NCBI GenBank assembly: GCA_041940205.1
Contig: JBGTSP010000002.1
Span: 1 to 63,861 of the forward strand
From: Alphaproteobacteria bacterium
GTDB taxonomy: Bacteria; Pseudomonadota; Alphaproteobacteria; GCA-2731375
DNA: 63,861 nt
Reading direction: 5' to 3'
Positions 18,724 to 27,979 of this stretch are shown here, piece after piece. A program made the position numbers and the translations under genes. Below the pieces are notes generated by a model that ran no database searches, was not told the origin of the DNA, and saw only the letters and a list, made by a program, of their open reading frames with translations. Positions within the stretch are counted from its first letter, which is position 1. Each line of letters opens with the position of its first letter.

Positions 18724-20475
18724 TCATTTCGAATCGGTTGTGGACATGCGGCGTTCGAGTTCCTCGATTCTGCCGTCCAGAAGACTGGCAACGCGGGCCG
18801 CATCACGATCCAGCGTGTTCATCGACGCGCTCATGGCTCTCTGATATTCGCCTAGCGCCTTTTCGAGACTGGCGAAGACCCGGGACAGTTCCTTGTCAAT
18901 GCCGGCGAAATGCTCGGCATAGGCCGACCAGACCCTTTCCGCCCGATCGGAAGCCGCCAGCATCTGCGTCTCGAGCGAGCTCAACCTCTCGCCGTGTTTG
19001 CGCAGATGCTGCACCTGTTCGCCGAGCGCCTGCACGGAATCGGCGATCGGCGCCGCCGAGCCGGCCAGTGCGCCGGAGGCCGACTGCAACTCGCTGCTCA
19101 GGGGACCAAGCTTCTCGGCCGCCTTGTTCAATTCCCTCGAGGAACTCTGCAGCCCTTCGACGGCACCGCGCATCTGCGTCGCTGCCCGTTCCGTCTGTTC
19201 GGGCAGTTGAGAGAGCAGATCCCGGGACTGCGCGACGGTGGCGAGCAGGCCTGACTCGATCGACTGGCCGGCCTCCTTTGTGGCGGAAACAAGGGTCGAA
19301 CTCGCACTACCGATGGCATTGCTCATGTTGGCCGCAGATTCGCGGCCGGCTCGGTCGAGGACGGTTCCCAGGGAATCGGCATGCTTGGCCAGTCTTTGCG
19401 CGGACCCGTCCAGCGTTGCCGCACTGCGTTCAGCCGCTTGACCGATCGTGGATTCGAAGGCGTTCAAACGGTCCGACAGGTCACCGATCGATTGCGCCAG
19501 ACGGTCGATCTGTGGTTGGGCGGCGGCCACCAGATCCTTGCCGAAGGCGCTGCTGATCTGCTGCAGCGCGTCCACATTCGCATTGGCCATGTCGGAACCC
19601 AGTTTGTCGACCGCTTCCCGCAGGGCGCTCACCGGTTCCGCCAGGAGCGGTGCGATCTGCCGGCTGACATGAACCGGCAGTTCGCGCACGACATCCACGG
19701 CGGTACCGACAAGCTGATTGCTGGAAGTTGGCACCAGACAGCCGGCCAGTTCGTTCCCGAGGTCGGCCAGCATCCGGTCGAACCGTCGCATCGCCAGATT
19801 GAACCAGATCGAGAAGACGATCGAGGAAAACAGACCGAATATCGATGCTACGAACTTGAACGAAGCCGCGCGGAGCAGGTTCTCCAGGGTCCGCAGCTGG
19901 CTGCCGGAATCCGAGTTTTGCAAGGCGCCCGCCGCTGAGTCCAGGGCGACCAGCAGGCCAACAAACGTCAGGACAAGACCGATTGTCAGCAGATATCCGG
20001 GAACGGCCTGGAAGAACCGCAGGTTGATCCAGACAGGAATCGTGTTGCTGGTGGTAAGGATAAGACGCGGATCGATGTAGCTCCGAACCGCCGTGCCTTG
20101 GGGTTCTATCGCGATCGATTCAGAAACGAACTCGCGCCACACCGATCCAAGACGAGTCTCACTTGACAACGAAGCGTCCAGTTCTCGAAATCGTCGTGCG
20201 GGGTTCTCGATGTCGCTGTTTTGTCTGATCGCCTCCCTGCTCAGCTTTATTCGTTGCCGGACCTTTCGCGTCGATCGAAAGAACCATGTTGATGCAAAAA
20301 TGAACGCTGACAAGACCACCAAAATTCCAAAAACCGGGGTGGTCAGAAGCTCCAATAAGGGAGAATCTGTTGAAATTCCAAAATGAAATTTTGTGAGAAA
20401 GTCGGTATCTGACATGAAGTTTTCCAGAATTCGACAATGTCGACAATCTTGTTCTTCGGATACTTTGATTGTCAA
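18724..20475 (-). CDS. MotA/ExbB/TolQ-like membrane protein with a ~300-aa C-terminal helical tail (ZorA-like architecture)
   Basis: N-terminal TM, then GYLLTIGLVLTFVGLLVAL and FVASIFGLFSSIVFSIWFNLAMRRF (MotA/ExbB channel-helix pattern). A long Ala/Leu/Ser/Glu-rich helical C-terminal tail follows. Alternative start at 20415. Confidence 0.6.
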   Translation of the reverse strand: MTIKVSEEQDCRHCRILENFMSDTDFLTKFHFGISTDSPLLELLTTPVFGILVVLSAFIFASTWFFRSTRKVRQRIKLSREAIRQNSDIENPARRFRELDASLSSETRLGSVWREFVSESIAIEPQGTAVRSYIDPRLILTTSNTIPVWINLRFFQAVPGYLLTIGLVLTFVGLLVALDSAAGALQNSDSGSQLRTLENLLRAASFKFVASIFGLFSSIVFSIWFNLAMRRFDRMLADLGNELAGCLVPTSSNQLVGTAVDVVRELPVHVSRQIAPLLAEPVSALREAVDKLGSDMANANVDALQQISSAFGKDLVAAAQPQIDRLAQSIGDLSDRLNAFESTIGQAAERSAATLDGSAQRLAKHADSLGTVLDRAGRESAANMSNAIGSASSTLVSATKEAGQSIESGLLATVAQSRDLLSQLPEQTERAATQMRGAVEGLQSSSRELNKAAEKLGPLSSELQSASGALAGSAAPIADSVQALGEQVQHLRKHGERLSSLETQMLAASDRAERVWSAYAEHFAGIDKELSRVFASLEKALGEYQRAMSASMNTLDRDAARVASLLDGRIEELERRMSTTDSK

Positions 20476-20769
20476 CCATGTGGAGGGAGTGATGGCCGCA
20501 CGGGAGACACGATCAGCCTTGCAGCAAACTCTGGTCCAGGCAACTGCTGGCGCGCTGCCCGCCGACGTCGGCGCTGCCTTTCTCTGCTACCGCCGTTTGC
20601 CTTCGACAGGACGGCATGATGCATCGCTGGCGCTGCGGCTGGCCTATCGAAGGCATTCGATACCTGTTGGTCGAAGGGTGAGTGCTTTCCTCGTTTCGAT
20701 CGAATAGTCTCCTGCCACATGCATTCCCGGCCTGCCGGCAAACGTCCCGATTGAACTGTCCGGCAGGGA

Positions 20770-21219
20770 TTGCAGAAATCCGGGTGGAGGCGGACAGGAT
20801 TGGGCTTTGCAAGCAGTGTGCTCGCGCATGACGAGTACATCCTGCATTCGGCGAAATTTCACTGGCTGTACACTCTGACGGCATCGGGATTACTGCTGAC
20901 CTTGTTCTGGGTGTTCGGTCTCGGTATCGCGATCTTCGCCATCATGATGATCCGCAAGTGGACGACCGAGCTCGTCGTCACCAACAGGCGGATCATCTTC
21001 AAACGGGGCTGGATCGCGCGGCGCACGGAGGAACTGGCGCTCAACCGGATCGAGGAAATCCGACTGCTTCAGAGCGTGCCCGGTCGCCTGCTGCAGTACG
21101 GCCGGGTCAGCATCGGCGGTATCGGGGTCAGCACGATCACCACGCCCACCATTGCGCATCCCCTCGACTTGCGAAAGGCGATCTACGAGGCGCAGGCGGT
21201 TCTGGCGAGCTCGACCTGA
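20770..21219 (+). CDS. bacterial PH-domain (bPH_2/YdbT-like) membrane protein
   Basis: DEYILHSAKFHWLY, two TM helices, then LVVTNRRIIFKRGWIARRTEELALNRIEEI...GRVSIGG, typical of the DUF304/bPH_2 family. Confidence 0.7.
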   Translation: MQKSGWRRTGLGFASSVLAHDEYILHSAKFHWLYTLTASGLLLTLFWVFGLGIAIFAIMMIRKWTTELVVTNRRIIFKRGWIARRTEELALNRIEEIRLLQSVPGRLLQYGRVSIGGIGVSTITTPTIAHPLDLRKAIYEAQAVLASST

Positions 21220-21291
21220 ACGCGTCACGTTGGCTGGCGCGGCTCCGCCAACCCGGTGATCACGGACGGCGTTTCTTCGCTGGCCGGGACT

Positions 21292-21708
21292 TCAGCGATG
21301 GTCCCGTCTGCTGCCGATCTCCGCCTTGTTCAGACAGAATATGACGGACTGTCCTCTTTCAACCCGGCGTTCGCGAATGCCCGCGAGCAGCCCCTGGGCG
21401 GCCCCGTAGGTCACGTCGGCGCTGCAGGGCAGGTTGTCTTCGTAGATGTGAAACCAGTCATGCAGTTCGGCAAACGTCATGGGCGAATAGTCGGGCACGA
21501 AGCGCTCGACAGCTTCGAGCCTGACCTGCTGCCGCCGCGTGTTCTCCTCACGCTCGATATCCGCCGGCGTCAGACGTGGCGCGTTCTGCGTATCCGACAG
21601 CCATGGCCACGACATCGACGAGCCCGTGCTCGGCCCGACCGGGGGAAGGGCAGAATAGAGCAGGACGAGCAGGCAGGCCGGCGGCAACAGCAGGAAATGC
21701 GCGTTCAT
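21292..21708 (-). CDS. small secreted or periplasmic hypothetical protein (last gene of the minus-strand operon)
   Basis: 138 aa with a signal-peptide-like N-terminus MNAHFLLLPPACLLVLLYSAL. Starts 12 nt after the PBP-like stop. Confidence 0.5.
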   Translation of the reverse strand: MNAHFLLLPPACLLVLLYSALPPVGPSTGSSMSWPWLSDTQNAPRLTPADIEREENTRRQQVRLEAVERFVPDYSPMTFAELHDWFHIYEDNLPCSADVTYGAAQGLLAGIRERRVERGQSVIFCLNKAEIGSRRDHR

Positions 21709-21720
21709 ACTCTACCCCGT

Positions 21721-24600
21721 TCAGTTCTTGCGCGCTCTGGCGGCGTTCAGCAGGTGGCTCTTCAGCGATGTCCGGATCAGTCGGCCGACCAGCTCGACGG
21801 CGTCACGCGAGCCGTCCAGAGCGTTCTCGAGGCGAACCGCGATCACCAGGGCTGCACGCGGCTCGGCTTCCACATCGACGGTGCTGAAACTGCCGCCGTT
21901 CAGCGGTTTTCCCACCGCGCTCCGGTCGAAGGCGCCCAGGTAGACCACGACAGCGCCGCCGTTCTCCACCTCTTCGAGATCGTCCCGCGCGGCCAGCAGT
22001 TCGCCCTCGTCACTGACATCGAACAGGGCCTGTCGCTGCGCCCTGTTCCTCGAGCGGTTGAACAGTGCGACACGCCAGACGATTTCTCGGACGCTCACCG
22101 CCCGGCCGGGACCGGCGGCCTGCTGGATCCGTTGCCGGTCTCCCTTATTGCCGCTCAACGCGTCGATCGTCGAGTTGTCGAGCGTCCGATCCGCGACGTT
22201 GCGGTATCTGCGAACCACGCCTGCATTCCTGTAGTGGATCTTGCCCGAAGCGCGGTCGTAGTGCAGCGCCTTGTCCTCGATCAGCGCATCGAGGGCGCGC
22301 TTCAACCGGGTCGACTTGCGCGAAACGATTTGCGGCGTGCCGGTCTTGGCGAATACGCCCAGCGCCAGTCCGTGCTGTTCGAGTTCCCGGTCCAACGCAA
22401 CCAGGCTCGACTTCATGCGCCTTGCGGTGCCGGCGGCGGCGGGCAGGGTCAAAGCATTCATCAGTGCCTTGCGGACCGTTGAATCGAGGCCGATCCGGCC
22501 TTTTGTTCCGCGCTGGGCGCCGCATTCCGGACCGATCCGTTGATGCCAGTAGAGCCGGGCGTGCAGGCGGCAGCCGCTGACCAGTCGAGCGAAGGATTCT
22601 GCGGTCTTGACAAGGCTCCAGCGCGATTCCGCCCCACCCAGTACCTGCGAGAGGTAGTCGTCGCGCACGTTGCGGATCAGATTGAACTTCAGGTTGGTCC
22701 TCTCCGGCGAAACGCTGCGAAAGGCGACTTCGCTTGTCGAGGGGGGGCCCTCCTGGTCGGGATAGATTCGCACCAGCAGGTCGCGCCAGATCGCCGTATC
22801 GATCCGGTCGTCACCGGTCCAGAACGGTCTTGACGAGGACGGACTGCCATAGCCGATTTCGCCGTTGGTGCTGTGCACCATGACGGAGAACAGGTCTCTC
22901 ATTTGGCCCGCGACCGGAAGGGTTTCGAACTCACCGGCCTGCGTCGGGTCCCCGGCCCGGGCGAAGGCAAGCCGGGACGGATCCAGTTCGTAGACTTGCC
23001 GGCCGACGACATACTGGCGTTGTCCGACGCGGCAATCCCGCTGGACGGTTGCCACCGGCCGCCGCTCCGGCGGCGCTCGTTCGGCCGCCAGCAGCATGAG
23101 GGCAAAGGCATAGCCGTTCGAGGAATGCTGTATGAAACTGTTCAGATCGACGCACTTCAGCGTCTGCACACTGGCCTGTTCCTTGTCCAGATCGACAGGG
23201 ATTCCGAGGAGCGTCTCGATCGGCGTGCGCAGGCTTTGTCCGGAAAGACGCAAACCGATCAGTTCGGGCCTCTCGTTCAGGATCGCCGCGGCGTAGAATG
23301 CCTTCACGACGGAGCCCATGGGGCGGGCGATGAAGTTCTGGTTGCGCAGTAGACTGGAGTTCAGTTCGGCGCCGTCGTCGTCCGCTTCGCGCTGCGGATA
23401 GCTCGCCAGGGCCAGCAGTTCTCCTGTCCTGGCATCGAGGATGGTCACGGCAGCGCGTTTGGCTTCGTCCTTTCGACCCCGCGACGGGCCATAGCGAAGG
23501 CGCAACTCCTCGACCTTCCGGTTCAGCAGTTCCTGCGTGCCAAGCTGCAGGTCGGGATCGAGAGTGAGCGCGATCCGGTTCGGCCATGCATCGGGTCCGT
23601 TGCGCAGCGACATGCCAGCCGCGTAGGGGCGGTCGAGCAACGACAGGACGGTGCTGTCCAGCACGGCGACCACATCGCGCGCCAGGGGAATCTCCGGTTC
23701 TGCAGGATGACGCTGGAAGCGTCCGTTGACGTTCTGGTGCGTCGACAGGATACGGGCGACACGGGTCAGGTTGACCCAGAACAGACGGGAACGATCGAAT
23801 TTCTCTCCCGTGGGCCGTGTCCGGATCCAGGAGACCCGCACGACATCCCCTTCTTCGAGCCGCCAATGGGTTCCTCGCGCCACCCGCTGTCCGTTGACAT
23901 GGATGCTGCCCCGCGCGCTCTGTACTTCGCTTTCCAGAACGATGAAATCGCCGACGAGACGAAGCGTCGCGATATTCATCTTGCCAAGCGTCAGCCGAAC
24001 CTTCTGACCGCTGGTCTGCGGTTGACCCGCCGACCGTCCGAGCTCGACCAGTTCGAACCGGTCCAGCGTGGCCAGCGGTTCGCGCGGGGGCGAGACAACG
24101 ACGTTGAGATCCTTTGTTTGCAGTCTGCCGGCGATCGCGCTGGGCGGGCGATAGGTCAGCGTCCCGGTCCAGCGCCAGTTACGCCGTCCGATATTTGGCA
24201 GGATCACGTTGTGTGCGAACTGGTCGACGCCGCGAAGACGGCCGTTGCGGATCTCGAAACGCGAATGGTTGCCGCGCTCGTTGAACTCCCGGATGTCGTC
24301 GATCAGATAGGACTTGCGGACATATTCCCTAAGCGCCTTCTTTTCATCGTCGCCTAGTTTCTGGTTCTCGTAGGCTTCCGTGATGACCGTGCGTGTCCGG
24401 CAGGTCTCGCCGGGCAGGCAGGGCATTTCTTCGAGACGCAGCCAGTCGCGCTGGATGTACAGATCCACCATCTGCAGATAACCGCGCGGCTTGTGCACGA
24501 GCTTGGGCGGTTCGCGCTCAATGAACAGGCTGATCCCGACGATGGAGAGAAGCGCCGCCAACGGCAGTGCGATCAGGACGATGACGGGATAATTCCTCAT
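21721..24600 (-). CDS. class B penicillin-binding-protein-like transpeptidase with N- and C-terminal extensions
   Basis: N-terminal TM (MRNYPVIVLIALPLAALLSIVGISLF), LTLDPDLQ, and AAVTILDARTGELLALASYPQ. The motifs SxxK (GSVVKAF), SxN (HSSNGY) and KTG (AKTGTP) occur in canonical order. ATG at 24600 forms an ATGA overlap with the upstream gene. The ORF extension to 25164 is rejected. Confidence 0.7.
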   Translation of the reverse strand: MRNYPVIVLIALPLAALLSIVGISLFIEREPPKLVHKPRGYLQMVDLYIQRDWLRLEEMPCLPGETCRTRTVITEAYENQKLGDDEKKALREYVRKSYLIDDIREFNERGNHSRFEIRNGRLRGVDQFAHNVILPNIGRRNWRWTGTLTYRPPSAIAGRLQTKDLNVVVSPPREPLATLDRFELVELGRSAGQPQTSGQKVRLTLGKMNIATLRLVGDFIVLESEVQSARGSIHVNGQRVARGTHWRLEEGDVVRVSWIRTRPTGEKFDRSRLFWVNLTRVARILSTHQNVNGRFQRHPAEPEIPLARDVVAVLDSTVLSLLDRPYAAGMSLRNGPDAWPNRIALTLDPDLQLGTQELLNRKVEELRLRYGPSRGRKDEAKRAAVTILDARTGELLALASYPQREADDDGAELNSSLLRNQNFIARPMGSVVKAFYAAAILNERPELIGLRLSGQSLRTPIETLLGIPVDLDKEQASVQTLKCVDLNSFIQHSSNGYAFALMLLAAERAPPERRPVATVQRDCRVGQRQYVVGRQVYELDPSRLAFARAGDPTQAGEFETLPVAGQMRDLFSVMVHSTNGEIGYGSPSSSRPFWTGDDRIDTAIWRDLLVRIYPDQEGPPSTSEVAFRSVSPERTNLKFNLIRNVRDDYLSQVLGGAESRWSLVKTAESFARLVSGCRLHARLYWHQRIGPECGAQRGTKGRIGLDSTVRKALMNALTLPAAAGTARRMKSSLVALDRELEQHGLALGVFAKTGTPQIVSRKSTRLKRALDALIEDKALHYDRASGKIHYRNAGVVRRYRNVADRTLDNSTIDALSGNKGDRQRIQQAAGPGRAVSVREIVWRVALFNRSRNRAQRQALFDVSDEGELLAARDDLEEVENGGAVVVYLGAFDRSAVGKPLNGGSFSTVDVEAEPRAALVIAVRLENALDGSRDAVELVGRLIRTSLKSHLLNAARARKN

Positions 24601-27600
24601 TCCGCCGCCGCCTGTCGTTCCCTCAGCAGGTAACCGACCGGCCAGGCCGCCATCAGCAACAGGATCACGCCCTCCAGCAGGTCGCTCTTCGACAGGGCGG
24701 CAAGAAGATAGACATTCTTGCCCGTGAACGGGAGATACCCCATGTTGGCGAGGATCATGTAGGCGTCGGTTGTCAGCACGATAAGGGCCGCGAAGACGGC
24801 AACGGTCGACAGAATGGCAGCACGCCGTCTCCCGGCACCCGCCAGTCCCTTCTCGCCCGGCAGACGTCCCCCGAAGCTCGCCGACAGCCGTTGCGCCGAA
24901 AGGCTGATGATCGCGACCCAGACAGTGACAGCGACGATCAGTGCAACCGCGCCCAGCTGGCCGAAGGGACCCAGGATGTGTACCGCCGGCACGTTGTCGG
25001 TGGTCTGGGTGCTGCGCAGGACCGGTGGCAGGCGCTGTGCCAGAAATCCCTGGCCCAATGGCCCCGAAGCGCTCAGCGACTTCATCGTCTGGGCGACGAT
25101 CAGCAGTTCCTCCGCACTCTTGGTGCCGACCCATTGCAGGCGTTCCGGAGCGAGGGGCTCCCACAGGCGAAGCTGGTTCGTGTGGGTTTCGACCTGATCT
25201 GCAATGAAGGCGATGGCGGCGTCGTCGCTAAGGGAGTCGGGATCGTCCAGTTCCCGGCCGAAGGTCGGTGTACTGAACATCCAGCTTGCGATCGAGTTGG
25301 TCAGGGGCAGTCTCTCCGCGCTGGCGAACCAGATCGTCAACAGGGCCACACTGATCAGGGGAAGGTAGGCTGGCCGGATGTAGACCGGCCATCTGTCCAG
25401 CCAGGCGTTCGCGCGATGCAGAATGTGAGGTCGCGTGGCGCCACTCCCGGCACGAAACACATGGCGGATGGTACCTTCCGCGAGCGGCCATCTTGCCGCG
25501 CCAAGCATCGCGATCAGGATGACGAAGGCGATCAGCATAATGACCGCCAGGCCTGAATCGCTGGCGAGCACGGGCAGGGCAAGACCGAGAAAACCGAAGG
25601 CGAGGATTGAGAACAGCATCCGCCAGGGCCAGATGACTGCATCCAACTGACGCGGTGTATCGGCACACCGCGAGCTCCGCCCAAGTTTGCGTCGGATACA
25701 CGGTAGCGGCCTCACGAACAGGCAACGGAACACCCCGGTCAGCCGTCGTACGGCCCGTCGTCCGGCGTGGAGCGTCAGGGCCACCGTAATCAAGAGCAGT
25801 GGAATTGTCAGTGCGCTCACCGCGATCTGCAGGCCGCCAAACAGGTAGATCCGTTCCTTAACGCCGAACAGCAGGAGGGCGCCCAGGCGCAAGAATCCGA
25901 CAACAATCAGCAGGTAGAACAGAGCCGGCCAGAACCAACGGGGGCTGAACCACCTCAGCAGGCGACGACCCGGGCCCGGTTTCGTGGCCGCCGGGTCGGG
26001 CGGTGTCGGCATCGCGCCGGCCGTGGCTGGGTGCAGACGCGCCGGACGGCGAAGCCAATTGACGAGATAAAGCAGAAGATGTGCAATTGCCCAGGCGATC
26101 AGGGGCAGCAGCACGCCGATCACGACCGCCCCCACCAGCGTTATTCCAAGGTCGATCCGACCCATGGCATAGGCGCCATAGGCCCCGAAACCACTGAGCA
26201 AAACGCCGGCAAAGGTGCTGCGAAACAACCAGGCGACACGCTGATCGCTGGACCCGGGCGGTCGGCTTGTCAAGGTCAGGATGCGCTCGAACAGGAACGG
26301 GATGCACGCATAGACCGGAAGCAGATACCAGAACTGAACCGCGTTTTCCGGGTCGAGATTGGTGCCGGCGATGCCGATAAGCAGGCGGTAGGCCAGCAGG
26401 CTTTCCAGAAGCAGCAAGGTTGCTCCGGCAACCGGCTCGCAGCGCACCGAACCGGTGGTTGCTTCTTCGGACCGTACGAGCCAGATCTGCACGAACAAGA
26501 CGCCGATCACCATGATCAGCACCCCGACAGGAAAGACCTGGGCATCGATCTGCAGCTGAAGCCTGGCTTCCTCACCGATCCAGTGACTGTTCCCGTATTC
26601 CAGGGGTGAAAGGACTGTCTGCTCGGTTGCCAGCCAGGCGCGCGGTTCCGGCGGTTCGAAGCGCAACTGGCCGAACAGCGACCGGCTGAGGTCGCCGCCG
26701 ACAATCGGGAAACGCAGAACGGCGGCTTCCGGCGGGATATAGTGGCCGCTCACGCTGCTCGAACCGACGATGGTGAAGCCCGGAGAGGGGAACTGTTGCG
26801 AAGAGGACGCGCCGCCGTGTCGCGTATCGACGAGGTCGCGCTTCTCCAGTCGCACGGTGTAGGGCGTGTCGAAATGGAAGGATACCGAACGCCCGGTCTC
26901 CGCGCGGACCGTCAGGCTCCGCCGGATCTGCACCCGACTTCTACGGATGGTTCTTTCCTGGGAACGGAAGTAGTCGACACGGAACAGTTCCAGACGAAGG
27001 CTGTTTCCAGGCTGCAGTTCGGCGAGCATGGCGTAGCGCTGGCCTTCGCTGTCGGTATGGATTTCGTCCGAAACCGCCGTTTCCGATGTCAGTGCCTGCT
27101 GGCCGGCTTCCACGCTGACATGGGGATCGAGCATGGCGAGATACAGCCCGTCCTTGAACCAGCCGCCTGCCGAGAGCCAACTCTCGGCCAACGGACTGGC
27201 GGCTCGAAACAGGAACGACCGCGTGGCGTCAATGGTCTCGTCGGGAAGGTTGGCGTTGATCTGTCGCAGGAGATTCTGCAACGGAAAGATCTCGATCTCC
27301 GGTCCGTTCTGCCGTCTGATTCTGAACGAAACTTCCAGGACGGTATTGGTCCTGCTCGGCAGCTCGGTCGCGGCGCCTCCAGGCCCGGTGAAGCGAACCC
27401 CGTCTCCGGTGGCCTGAAGTTCGAACTTCTGCCCGGCCACGGTGAGCTGGCTTGTCTTTCGTCCTGTCAGGTCCTTTGCGGCAGTGAACGGATACCCCGT
27501 GGCCAGGATCGTGGCATTCGGACCGTTGTGCTCCTCTCCGTCTCGCAGCACCCGGACAAGGCCGACGGTGTTCCCGTCCTCGCCGCCCGACGGCTCGGAA

Positions 27601-27962
27601 TCGATCCGGCGATACAGCGCGATGGCGCGCCCGTCAGCACTCTCCACCTTCAGGAAGCCGGCCGGCAGACCGCGTACCACCAGGTCGTCCTGGGCGCTGC
27701 TGCCGCCGATCCGGGCCCCATCCAGATTGACATCAAAGAACGAGAACTGCATGCCGTCGGCGCTGACGATGACATTGCCGAACCGCTCGTGCGAGAGCAT
27801 CAGCACGAGACAGACCAGCGTCGGCGGTGCGACAAGTGCGGTCAGCCAGATCCATCGTGATGTGCCCGAGCGGTCGACCGGATCGGCGCGGCTTCGCCAG
27901 AACGCTGCCAGATAGCAGCACATCGGCAGCAGCAGGCAAATCGTCAGGATCAGTGACTGCAT
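24597..27962 (-). CDS. large polytopic membrane protein with a divergent SEDS (FtsW/RodA)-like C-terminal region and a ~450-aa N-terminal extracytoplasmic region
   Basis: More than 10 predicted TM helices in the C-terminal ~650 aa. GQGFLAQRLPPVLRSTQTTDNVPAVHILGPFGQLGAVALI matches the SEDS pattern G.G......LP...TDFIF..igEE.G..G in a degenerate form. Sits immediately upstream of, and coupled to, a bPBP-like gene, as rodA-pbpA pairs are. Confidence 0.5.
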   Translation of the reverse strand: MQSLILTICLLLPMCCYLAAFWRSRADPVDRSGTSRWIWLTALVAPPTLVCLVLMLSHERFGNVIVSADGMQFSFFDVNLDGARIGGSSAQDDLVVRGLPAGFLKVESADGRAIALYRRIDSEPSGGEDGNTVGLVRVLRDGEEHNGPNATILATGYPFTAAKDLTGRKTSQLTVAGQKFELQATGDGVRFTGPGGAATELPSRTNTVLEVSFRIRRQNGPEIEIFPLQNLLRQINANLPDETIDATRSFLFRAASPLAESWLSAGGWFKDGLYLAMLDPHVSVEAGQQALTSETAVSDEIHTDSEGQRYAMLAELQPGNSLRLELFRVDYFRSQERTIRRSRVQIRRSLTVRAETGRSVSFHFDTPYTVRLEKRDLVDTRHGGASSSQQFPSPGFTIVGSSSVSGHYIPPEAAVLRFPIVGGDLSRSLFGQLRFEPPEPRAWLATEQTVLSPLEYGNSHWIGEEARLQLQIDAQVFPVGVLIMVIGVLFVQIWLVRSEEATTGSVRCEPVAGATLLLLESLLAYRLLIGIAGTNLDPENAVQFWYLLPVYACIPFLFERILTLTSRPPGSSDQRVAWLFRSTFAGVLLSGFGAYGAYAMGRIDLGITLVGAVVIGVLLPLIAWAIAHLLLYLVNWLRRPARLHPATAGAMPTPPDPAATKPGPGRRLLRWFSPRWFWPALFYLLIVVGFLRLGALLLFGVKERIYLFGGLQIAVSALTIPLLLITVALTLHAGRRAVRRLTGVFRCLFVRPLPCIRRKLGRSSRCADTPRQLDAVIWPWRMLFSILAFGFLGLALPVLASDSGLAVIMLIAFVILIAMLGAARWPLAEGTIRHVFRAGSGATRPHILHRANAWLDRWPVYIRPAYLPLISVALLTIWFASAERLPLTNSIASWMFSTPTFGRELDDPDSLSDDAAIAFIADQVETHTNQLRLWEPLAPERLQWVGTKSAEELLIVAQTMKSLSASGPLGQGFLAQRLPPVLRSTQTTDNVPAVHILGPFGQLGAVALIVAVTVWVAIISLSAQRLSASFGGRLPGEKGLAGAGRRRAAILSTVAVFAALIVLTTDAYMILANMGYLPFTGKNVYLLAALSKSDLLEGVILLLMAAWPVGYLLRERQAAAE

Positions 27963-27979
27963 GATCGACCGGGCGCGGA

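Noticed and set aside
21229-21252. Hairpin GTTGGC-N12-GCCAAC between the convergent PH-domain and 138-aa genes as a bidirectional terminator
   Set aside because: It has only a 6-bp stem, a large loop, and no U-tract on either strand.
24601-25164. N-terminal 188-aa extension of the PBP-like ORF (ORF-track start 25164)
   Set aside because: The extension lies entirely inside the upstream SEDS-like gene in another frame and is Arg/Gly/Pro-rich. The internal ATG at 24600 gives an ATGA overlap and starts directly with a TM helix.
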